Part shown: positions 14,391 to 25,337 of the stretch, in pieces
Position numbering within the stretch: the stretch's first letter is position 1
Layout: each line of letters opens with the position of its first letter
Assembly (NCBI GenBank): GCA_050084515.1
Contig: CM114271.1
Coordinates: 25,978,001-26,042,000 of the forward strand
DNA: 64,000 nucleotides
Source: Blasia pusilla
Lineage: Eukaryota
Reading direction: 5' to 3'
Translations under genes and position numbers: made by a program
Notes under the pieces: model-generated
Told to the model about the DNA's origin: nothing
What the model saw: the letters and a program-made list of their open reading frames with translations, nothing else
Database searches by the model: none

Positions 14391-14587
14391 ATTCAACGTA
14401 CAATTGTGCGAGAGCACACGAATGGTACACGTCAAAATCTGGAGGTGCTTCGATCAATAACAAACTGATGTCTTGTGGGTGAATCAAAACATATGCAATC
14501 TGCTTCGGATCAATAAGTATGTACGTGTGGAACTTCGTCTCGGTGAATATTTTTCTGAATCAAATTTCATTTCACAGTCGTACACAT

Positions 14588-14660
14588 GGGGGTGTAGCTC
14601 ACATGGTAAAGCGATCACTTTGCATGTGATAGGCACGGGGATCGCTGCCTCGCACCTTCA
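14588..14660 (+). tRNA. tRNA-Ala(UGC)-like gene, probably a pseudogene, inside the CACTA element
   Basis: 73-nt GGGGGTGTAGCTCACATGGTAAAGCGATCACTTTGCATGTGATAGGCACGGGGATCGCTGCCTCGCACCTTCA folds as a cloverleaf: acceptor GGGGGTG/CACCTTC with G3:U70, anticodon stem ATCAC/GTGAT around TT-TGC-AT, T-stem CGGGG/CCTCG. There is one D-stem mismatch and an altered T-loop/B-box (ATCGCTG). Confidence 0.8.
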
Positions 14661-14825
14661 GATCTCATCTGTGCTTGTTACAATTTTCCACCCAGGTTGC
14701 TGTAACCAGTTTTGAATCTTTTGATCAGCAATCGGACCGAGAGAGAGAGAGAGACGAGTAGCTGAGGATGAGGCGCGAGCGAGGTCACGAATTTGGAGGG
14801 GCAGGAAAGGGTGGATTGTGGATGG

Positions 14826-15230
14826 ACCTGTGCTGACGAGTTCGAAAAGTTAGAAGAAGACGAATAGAAGAGGAGGAATTGGAGGGGTAGGAAAGGACGA
14901 ATTGAGGACAATGTTGTGGAGACGACAGCTCGAAAAGTAGAAAGACGTGTAGAAGACAAAAAGGGCAAGAATTAGAGGAGCATGAAAGGATGAGACGAAA
15001 ATAGTGTTGTGATTGATGATGAGTTCGAGAAGCAAGAAACTTATTTGAAAACAAGGGGAGAAATAGGAAGAGCAAGAATGTTTAATTGGGCTTATAGTTG
15101 TGCCGATGAGTTTGAGAAGTAAGAAATGACGTTCATCCGGATTAGGGAGGACTCGAAGGAGCAGGAAAGCATGAATTGGGGATAGAGCTGTGCTGACAAG
15201 TACGAGAGAAGGAAGAAGAAGACGGTTGGA
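14826..15230. repeat. Degenerate purine-rich tandem repeat, period about 90 bp, about 5 copies
   Basis: TGTG(C)TGACGAGTTCGA(A/G)AAG-like motif recurs near 14826, 14913, 15007, 15097 and 15187. Confidence 0.55.
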
Positions 15231-15282
15231 AGATAGGATTTTGCATTTGCAATGCAACTGCAGAAGCTAGCGGGTGGTGACG

Positions 15283-15447
15283 ATGATGAAGACGGTGGGC
15301 GATCTTGTGGAGGATTTAAAGAAGAGAGTGATTCTGGTGCTACTTTGGGTAGCAGGCGTGAGCTATCTCATGTCCCTTACATCAAATAGTTTTTGGATGA
15401 ATGTCCCTGATGCCCTGCTCATCATCGCCGCGTTCGGCAACGAGTAG
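15283..15447 (+). pseudogene. Captured host-gene fragment: N-terminal transmembrane region of a plant PXA/PX-domain (sorting-nexin-like) protein
   Basis: Translates MMKTVGDLVEDLKKRVILVLLWVAGVSYLMSLTSNSFWMNVPDALLIIAAFGNE*. This matches from memory the T..DLV.EAKKRI....GLSYLMSLTSSS...N.P.A N-terminus of plant PXA-PX proteins. It is 54 aa, below the ORF-track cutoff. Confidence 0.72.
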
Positions 15448-16289
15448 TTGCTTTGATTCTCTCTAAATCTAAAGAGGAGGAGATCAAAGGGCCGAATCTG
15501 GACTTCCTGCACGCTCTATTCTATGGATTGGCTCCGTTGGGTAAAAAGTACAACTCATCAATAGCTGCTATTACAACAATGCATTTTGGTGTGAAGAGCG
15601 ATAGTGGACTTACCCGAATTTGAGGATCCAACTCTCTTTGTGGAAGCTTTCTTGCTGGTCTAGACGAGGTACCTGATTCGGGCACGCACTATTCAATCTC
15701 CCTTTTGCATCATGCGATGTGTATAGCTGGGCGCACACTATCAACGTTCTCCGAGATGTGCAGTGAGAGGTTTCTTCTCAAAATGAGGCGAAGACAAAAA
15801 TGAAGAAGAGAGAGAAAGGACACCCGAAACAGGAGTGTTTCTTGACTGACTCTATCCCCGCGCATTCAATCTGCACCGTTTACTTAGTAGGTTCTCCTCA
15901 CCAACATGGCCACAACAGCTTCAAAGCTCATTGCACTCAATCCGCAAGCTTGAGTGCATTCCCTTGCTTTCTCACTGTCGTGGGGTTTGGGAGACACGGA
16001 ACGCGGGAATGTGGAGGGTCAGAAACTCGGAAATACAAATAAAATCGAGCAACACGAATGAGCCCAAGTTCTCAAATCTGACACATCAAGCCACCTCGGT
16101 CTAAACATGCCAAATCAACCTAGGAAGTTGTAAACGTCCCACTCCAAACCTTCCTCCTCCTTGTTAACACCTCCTTTTCTGACCTCCACCCTCACCAAGG
16201 GTTCTAAAAACCTGGAAACTTTGTCCAAAATAACACCCCAACACTAGGAACAAAGGGGAAAAGAAAACAGTTGAAATGGCCACACCCAC

Positions 16290-19200
16290 ATCGATTTAAA
16301 AATCGTAAACCCAAAAGGGGTGTTTCGTTTTTCGGGGGAGCATGAGGGGTTCCAATGCAGATCCAAACCGTTGAAGTTGTGCCACGCTTTAATTCCGAGG
16401 TGTGTGCTAATTTTGATTGCAATCCAATGGTGGGATGAAAAACTATGTCCATGTTACTCTCAGAAATTGTAAAACGCCATCTTCCTCCTTTTTGCGTCGC
16501 TTTTTGTACCCTCCACCCTCCACATGGGGCCCAAAAATCAGAAGACTTCCTCCTGGATGGCAACCCTAACCCAGGAACAGAGTAAGAAAGAAAAAATTAC
16601 AAATGAACACTCACACATGGAATTAAAAATCTCAAACCCTAAAAGTGATCTTTCATTTCTCGTTTGAGCATCGAGAGCTAACTAGCAGATCTGAACCTTT
16701 CAAGATGTGGAGGAATTTAAGGCCTTCATGTGTGCCCGGTTTCATCACCATCCAATGGTGGGAGAGAAAGTTAACTGCATGATACAATGAAAATGTCGTC
16801 AAGACTAGAAACAATCCTCCTCCACGCCCTCTTCCTCCTTCTTGGCGTCGCTTTTTGTACCCTCCACCCTCCACATGGGGCCCAAAAATCAGAAGACTTC
16901 CTCCTGGATGGCAAACCTAACCGAGGAACAGAGTAAGAAAGAAAAAATTACAAATGAACACTCACACATGGAATTAAAAATCTTGAACCCTAAAAATGAT
17001 CTTTCATTTCTCGTTTGAGCACCGAGAGCTAACTCAAAGATCTGAACCGTTCAAGATGTGGAGGAATATAAGGCCTTCATGTGTGCCAGGTTTCATCACC
17101 ATCCAATGGTGGGAGAGAAAGTTAACTGCATGATACAATGAAAATGTCGTCAAGACTAGAAACAATCCTCCTCCACGCCCTCTTCCTCCTTCTTGGCGTC
17201 GCTTTTTGTACCCTCCACCCTCCACATGGGGCCCAAAAATCAGAAGACTTCCTCCTGGATGGCAACCCTAACCCAGGAACAGAGTAAGAAAGAAAAAAAT
17301 ACAAATGAACACTCACACATGGAATTAAAAATCTCAAACCCTAAAAGTGATCTTTCATTTCTCGTTTCAGCACCGAGAGCTAACTCGCAGATCTGAACCT
17401 TTCAAGATGTGGAGGAATTTAAGGCCTTCATGTGTGCCCGGTTTCATCACCATCCAATGGTGGGAGAGAAAGTTAACTGCATGATACAATGAAAATGTCG
17501 TCAAGACTAGAAACAATCCTACTCCACGCCCTCTTCCTCCTTCTTGGCGTCGCTTTTTGTACCCTCCACCCTCCACATGGGGCCCAAAAATCAGAAGACT
17601 TCCTCCTGGATGGCAAACCTAACCCAGGAACAGAGTAAGAAAGAAAAAATTACAAATGAACACTCACACATGGAATTAAAAATCTTGAATTAAAAATCTT
17701 TCAAACCCTCAAAAGTGTGTGCCAGGTTTGATCTTTCATTTTCGTCAAGACTAAAAACGACGCCCTCTTCCTCCTTTCGCTTTTGTACCCTCCACCCTCC
17801 ACATGGGGCCCAAAATCAGAAGACTTCCTCCTGGAGCAACCCTAACAGAGTAAGAAGCTAAGAAAAAAATACAAATGAACACTCACACATGGAATTAAAA
17901 ATCTCAAACCCTAAAAGTGATCTTTCATTTCAAATCTGAACCTTTCAAGATGTGGAGGAATTTAAGGCCTTCATGTGTGCCGGTTTCATCACCATCCAAT
18001 GGTGGAGAGAAAGTTAACTGCATGATACAATGAAAATGTCGTCAAGACTAGAAACAATCCTACTCCACGCCCTCTTCCTCCTTCTTGGCGTCGCTTTTTG
18101 TACCCTCCACCCTCCACATGGGGCCCAAAAATCAGAAGACTTCCTCCTGGATGGCAAACCTAACCCAGGAACAGAGTAAGAAAGAAAAAATTACAAATGA
18201 ACACTCACACATGGAATTAAAAATCTTAAACCCTAAAAATGATCTTTCATTTCTCGTTTGAGCACCGAGAGCTAACTGGCAGATCTGAACCGTTCAAGAT
18301 GTGGAGGAATATAAGGCCTTCATGTGTGCCAGGTTTCATCACCATCCAATGGTGGGAGAGAAAGTTAACTGCATGATACAATGAAAATGTCGTCAAGACT
18401 AGAAACAATCCTCCTCCACGCCCTCTTCCTCCTTCTTGGCGTCGCTTTTTGTACCCTCCACCCTCCACATGGGGCCCAAAAATCAGAAGACTTCCTCCTG
18501 GATGGCAAACCTAACCCAGGAACAGAGTAAGAAAGAAAAAATTACAAATGAACACTCACACATGGAATTAAAAATCTTAAACCCTAAAAATGATCTTTCA
18601 TTTCTCGTTTGAGCACCGAGAGCTAACTGGCAGATCTGAACCGTTCAAGATGTGGAGGAATATAAGGCCTTCATGTGTGCCAGGTTTCATCACCATCCAA
18701 TGGTGGGAGAGAAAGTTAACTCCATGATACAATGAAAATGTCGTCAAGACTAAAAACAATCCTCCTCGACGCCCTCTTCCTCCTTCTTGGCGTCGCTTTT
18801 TGTACCCTCCACCCTCCACATGGGGCCCAAAAATCAGAAGACTTCCTCCTGGATGGCAACCCTAACCCAGGAACAGAGTAAGAAAGAAAAAATTACAAAT
18901 GAACACCCACACATGGAATAAAAAATCTTAAACCCTAAAAATGATCTTTCATTTCTCGTTTGAGCACCGAGAGCTAACTCGCAGATCTGAACCTTTCAGG
19001 ATGTGGAGGAATTTAAGGCCTTCTTGTGTGCCAGGTTTCATCACCATCCAATGGTGGGAGAGAAAGTTAACTGCATGATACAATGAAAATGTCGTCAAGA
19101 CTAGAAACAATCCTCCTCCACGCCCTCTTCCTCCTTCTTGGCGTCGCTTTTTTACCCTTGTACCCTCCACCCTCCACATGGGGCCCTAAAAAAATCAGAA

Positions 19201-20620
19201 GACTTCCTCCTGGATGGCAACACCAAACCCAATGGTGGGAGGAGAAGTTAACTGCATGAACAAGTAAGAAAAAAAAAATTACAAATGAACACTCACACAT
19301 GGAATTAAAAATCTTGAACCCTAAAAATGATCTTTCATTTCTCGTTTGAGCACCGAGAGCTAACTCAAAGATCTGAACCGTTCAAGATGTGGAGGAATTT
19401 AAGGCCTTGGTGTGTGCCAGGTTTCATCACCATCCAATGGTGGGAGAGAAAGTTAACTGCATGATACAATGAAAATGTCGTCAAGACTAGAAACAATCCT
19501 CCTCCACGCCCTCTTCCTCCTTCTTGGCGTCGCTTTTTGTACCCTCCACCCTCCACATGGGGCCCAAAAATCAGAAGACTTCCTCCTGGATGGCAACCCT
19601 AACCCAGGAACAGAGTAAGAAAGAAAAAATTACAAATGAACACTCACACATGGAATTAAAAATCTTAAACCCTAAAATTGATCTTTCATTTCTCGTTTGA
19701 GCACCGAGAGCTAACTGGCAGATCTGAACCTTTCAAGATGTGGAGGAATTTAAGGCCTTCATGTGTGCAGGTTTCATCACCATCCAATGGTGGGAGAGAA
19801 AGTTAACTGCATGATACAATGAAAATGTCGTCAAGACTAGAAACAATCCACGCCTTCCACTTCCTCTTCCTCCTTCACATGGGGCCTGAAAATCAGAAGA
19901 CTTCCTCCTGGTACCCCCTCCACCTCCACATGGGGCCATGAATTAAAAATCAGAAGACTTCCTCCTGGATGGAGAGCTAACTCAAAGATCTGAACCGTTC
20001 AAGATGTGGAGGAATATAAGGCCCAGGTTTAACCATCTAATGGTGGAACAGAAGTTAAGAAAAATACAAAAAATTACAAATGAACACTCTTCATGGAATT
20101 AAAAATCTTGAACCCTAAAAATGATCTTTCATTTAACCCAGGATCAGAGTAAGAAAAAAAATTACAAATGAGAATTAAAAATCTTGAACCCTAAAAATGA
20201 TCTTTCATTTTCTGAATCTGAACCGTTCAAGATGTGGAGGAATATAAGGCCTTGGTGTGTGCCAGGTTTCATTACCATCTAATGGTGGGAGAGGAAGTTA
20301 ACTGCATGATACAATGAAAATGTCGTCAAGACTAGAAACAATCCTTCTCAAGGCGCTCTTCTTTCTTCTTGGCGTGTCTTTTTGTACCCTCCACCCTCCA
20401 TAGGGTGCCCTAAAATCGTAAAATATTCCTACTAGTGGACCCTTTACCATGGAACAAAGGGCAAGAGAAAAAACTTTATATGACCACTCACACATGGAAT
20501 TAAAAATCATGAACCGTAAAGTGGTCTTTCCTTTTTGGTTTGAGCATGGAGAGCTAATTGCCAGATGTGAACCGTTGAAGGATTTAGGACCTTGGCTTGT
20601 GTTAACTTTCACTGCTAAAC
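16290..20620. repeat. Tandem array of 351-bp units (about 12 units) inside the CACTA element
   Basis: Anchor AAAATCAGAAGACTTCCTCCTGG recurs at about 16535, 16886, 17237, 17588, 17813, 18128, 18479, 18830, 19192 and 19567. Edge copies are diverged. Some interior units are scrambled or shortened. Confidence 0.97.
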
Positions 20621-21078
20621 GCAAGATGTGACAAATTTGTTAAATCCATGATGACATGAAAATGGCAGAGAGACGTGGAACCTTCACTTCATACGTGAGC
20701 CCTCTTTTAGTACGTTTCCGCCTGAACCAAGGGTGCAAGAATGTTCAATTTTTTTCCTGAGGGGAAACCCAATCCTAGGAATGTAGGACATATAAAGATT
20801 TATATATCCCAAAAATATTAAAAGACACGTTATCATTGGAGCATGAGACCACAAAAACACACTAGTCATTATTTATGACTCAGTATTACTAGGCAAGTGA
20901 AAGAAGTACGACTAGTCTTTACTAAAGGGTATTGATAACTACTTTAGTAATAAGTACATGACTAGGTGAGTTGTGTAACCTTAAATTTTAGGACTAAACC
21001 ATTTTAGTCATACTTTGAGTCATTCTTTCGGCAAGTCATTTAAAGCCTAGTCATAAAAACCACACAATTCTTCTAGTG

Positions 21079-22400
21079 GGTTTTCCACTACCCTGATTAT
21101 TATTTGGAATTTCTTTATCGCCCTAAAGTATCAAAAATTATAATTGAGGCTCTGGAAAAAAGTCTAATGCTATTCCTTAGATAGGCTATGGAAATGGTGG
21201 AATACTTTCTACTTCATGCCAAATTATTATAAAAAATAAACATTAGTTGTAGAATTTTGTGTTCTAAAGTATCCATCCAAACTTATGATGTAGGAAACTT
21301 GGACTATTTTACATTCAAATTCTTCCAAGTAACATTTCAATCCCTACATATCATATTTTGTATATAACTTCCATACCTAAGAAGAAATCAATATTTTAGC
21401 AATGGCCTACACGTTGTTTTCTATTACGTCAGCTAGGGGAAATATGAAATGCTTTCTATTTGCTATGAAGTTAGAATGGGAATTCGTTCTTAAACCTATT
21501 TAAACAACTATTTCCATGGTCACAATATAGTAAAGCTGGAATTAATTCCATTTTTACCGATTAAACAAAATATTTGAACATACATGACTTTTATGATCTC
21601 TACATGCCATATTTAAATAATTCCTTGCAAAAATCCTCAACTGGAAAGATGAATTGCTTTTCTTTTGCAAGCAAATATCTAGAACATATGAATGTTAGTT
21701 TTAGAATCCCTTCATGTTGTACTTAAGCAAATCCTTCCAAAGTTTCCACATGGAAATGTTGGAAAGCCTTGCATTTACTTGAAAAAATCTCTTCTATCCC
21801 TACATATTGTACTTCATATTTTCAGACTTTATAAATAAGAAAGTATCACTACTCCCACTAGAGCTATGGATAATAGCATGATGCCTTCCGTTATGTCTCC
21901 TTTAGATAGGTTGGAATGCTTGCAAGTGAAAAATTACAACATGTGAACATACTTCATAGAATCCCTTCACATTATATTTGGTACAAAAATTAAGAAAAGA
22001 ACCTTAAAACATTCCGGTACTTAAATTAATCTAATTTTATGCACCAAAGCATAATGTCTTCCATCCCGTGATAAGAAATACCTAGATGACATAAACATTA
22101 ATTTTAGCATCCCTCCATATCGTATTTTCAATTTAGAATAATTTTCACCTAAACAAAATCAAATACCCCTATGTGGACGTCTTTTAAACGATAGAATAAT
22201 GGCTTTTTTATTGTATCGCTTCGGTCGCGTGTAATACCCTTATGGGCAACATCCAAATGCCTTCCATTTCTAACCTTGTGGAATCCTTGGAGAGATCTCC
22301 TCTCTTCCATATTCCCATTAACATAGGTTTCTTCATAAAATTGATGGGATGTTTGGTCAAAGATATCCCATTTATATATATTCTCTATCATACAGAGAAT
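21079..22400. repeat. Right flank: continuation of the degenerate AT-rich repeat seen at 1-2887
   Basis: Shares long blocks with 1079-1440 (see first feature). Right boundary is approximate. Confidence 0.5.
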
Positions 22401-24799
22401 ACTTGAAAGTTGCATATAAATTTTCTTAAGTTTGATATTTATTCTTCAACTTATAGTCATACTCGTAAGATGCTTGTGTCTTACACATATTTGAAATAGA
22501 AGTGTATTTAAAGATTTTAAATTTTATGTTGTATACTTGACTTATGTACAATTAGATATCCAGTTAGTGTCAACCAAGTTTCCAAAGGATTCAAATATAC
22601 AAATTTAGTTGCAACTTAGGTACAAAGCGAGATTGCAATTGAAGAATGAGATAAAGGTTTTAAAATTAGCTGTCCCTATATTAAGTTGAAAAGAAGAATG
22701 AAATAAAAGTTTTGTAAATTAGATGTCCCTATTAGTTGGAAAGGATAATAAAACAAAGGTTTTAGAAATTAGATGTCTTCAATATTTTATTCATTTAAGA
22801 ATTGAAATGTAAATATTGTAAGTTTGTAAACTAATTTGCAAGAACAAAATAAAAATTCAAGTAAATAAATCCCTCCATACTGAGTTATTTGGTATGGAAT
22901 TTTCAAAAAAAGAGTTTTTCAATAATTTAACTTATGCAATGCTATACACAAGAGCAATTATGGAACTTAAATATATTTAGCATTACTCGTAAAAAAGTGT
23001 GTAACTAATGATGAAAATCCTCTCCTCCAATGTCAGCTTGGTCTTCCTTTCTCCCCTTCCTCCCATCTTCTCCTTTTCACTCTCCCATACTCCCATCATC
23101 TTATGAATTCTAAGAAATGTACATATTAACAAATCGACAATCAATTATAACTTTGTATGCAAAGTTATCGTTTTCCTTATTTTAAAGGAAATATCCATGT
23201 ATTTTGGGGGAAATGAGATCTCCTTCAAGTTATGAAGAAAGGTATTGGGACATGGAGATGAGTGATTGTTTCGTTTCATACATCTTACAAAGAGTTTTTC
23301 CTCTTTTGAGGTTTATTTTTATAAAAGAATAAATATTTAATTCTTTTAAATTACTAGTAAGGAAATCATGGGCTTTGCGATAGGATATAGTGAGATTTTA
23401 TTTCCCTTAAAAAATGGAAGGATTTCTTTTTTTACACTTATGGTTGAGGGATTTGAGGTTTGTAATTTATTTCAATTAACACATGTGGATAACACAATCA
23501 AATGAAGTGGTGAAAATCATAATTTAAAAAATATCTACAAGCTGTAAAAATATAAGATCGGGATTCTTTAAAACCTCCATAGCATCAACAAAACAACTAC
23601 TTAAAGTAATTGAATAATAGAATACCATTTATTCACTTCCTTACCTATAATGATGAAATCTCAGTGTGAGATGAAAAATGGTGTTAATTTTTATTTTCCT
23701 TGTGAAAGGAAAATGATCATATCTCAATTTCGAAATATTCATACTCTACCCTAGATATAAACTTCGGTTTCCTTTTCTGGATCTCTATCTCTACTTGCAA
23801 TGTATCTATAATTAACCAAACTTTCTCTAATACCTTATCATGCAAATCCATACAACACAAATTATACCATCACTAATTTAGTTTCATTTCTTGAATAATA
23901 TAATTAAATTTCTGAATAAAACCCTTTCGTATACAAATTTGATTCTATAAATTCATAGTAGCAAAAAAAGGGGGAATAGAACTCACGACAAGAACCATAT
24001 ACAAAATTAAGGAAAAATAGTCAAAATCTAAACTCATATACAAATATTTCATATTTTTTCAGATGTTCTTTGGTTTGGCTCTCTTCTTCTTATTGGGTTG
24101 AATATTCTAAGTTAACTGAATTCTAGAATAAAGGAATCCATAAATTTTGAATTCTTTCTATCAAGTACCATTGTGTTATATGTAAATTTTAAACGTTTGC
24201 GCTAAGATTTGGAATGACATATCCACCTTAGGTTCACTCTTAGACTAAAACTTAGAGTTATATTGGATGTACATCATAGTACCTTCCACACATAAACAAA
24301 ATACATTCATGCATACATCTCAAAACCACACAATCGCCCCAAATTAAAATAAAAACGGTTCCACTCTCATATCTACATCGGCATATTGAGCCACATCCAC
24401 CTTTTGCTATGAGGAAATTTGGACACTATCACCCTAGTCCTTACACACACCTAAGCTAGAGAAGTCCTCTAAAGGCTCATCATGAGAAAGATGGCTTGGG
24501 AAATTCATCTCGCCCTCTCTTGTAGCCTTGAGCATTGCAAAAAGTCTCTTCCCGGAAAAATAGCCTCTCGAACGTTAACATGCGAGTATAGGTTACTAGG
24601 TGATCATTGACTCGATCAAAGGGTTACTTGGCCAAAAATAGCAAAAAAGGGAAATCGTTAGAAACGACGCTCCTAACACAAGGGATGTATTGTCAACTTC
24701 ATCTGACACCTCAGGACAAAGTTACATCCAAAATGCCCGATGACCCTCTATATTGTTAAGGTGGTAGAATTCTACTTGTTGGATAACTAATACGTGACA

Positions 24800-25335
24800 T
24801 TGATCGTGCAAGGCTATAAACACATATAGATTTTTGGGCTTTGGGTTAGAATCCAAATGTTACTAAAGAATTTCAAGGAACTTAGATAATTTTGAGCAAG
24901 AAGTGGATAAAATTGTAGGTCAAAATCGTATACTTAGACAAGATGAAAAATGTAAAAACCCTCATTCCTTATAGGGTGGAATTATGCACTTCTAAAAGCA
25001 TATGTATATCTTTGGGCTTAGGAATATAATTCCATTTTCATTGATTTTTTCAATGAATTTACATACAATTGAATGATGAAATGGGCCAATTTCCAAATTT
25101 GGACAAGATGGTATCACATATTTGGACAAGATGAAAAATATGCATATCTATTTTCCTCTAAAGGTTCAATCATGTGGGTCAAAAACATCTCTATATTTTT
25201 GGGCTTTGGGTTTCGCTTCCTTTTTCATTGAATCTTGAAAGGATTTTGGATATACTTAGAGTGAAAAGTGGACATTCCCATTTCATGTCAATATCATATA
25301 CTTGGATATGATGAAAAATGCACACACCCATTTTC
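24800..25335. repeat. Degenerate tandem repeat, period about 185 bp, about 3 copies
   Basis: GATGAAAAAT motif near 24942, 25130 and 25310. TTTGGGCTT near 24833, 25011 and 25198. Confidence 0.6.
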
Positions 25336-25337
25336 CT

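Noticed and set aside
16653..19556. Repeated - strand ORFs 'MEGGGYKKRRQ...'
   Set aside because: They are by-products of the 351-bp satellite. They start at GTG, have variable stops and show no recognisable domain.
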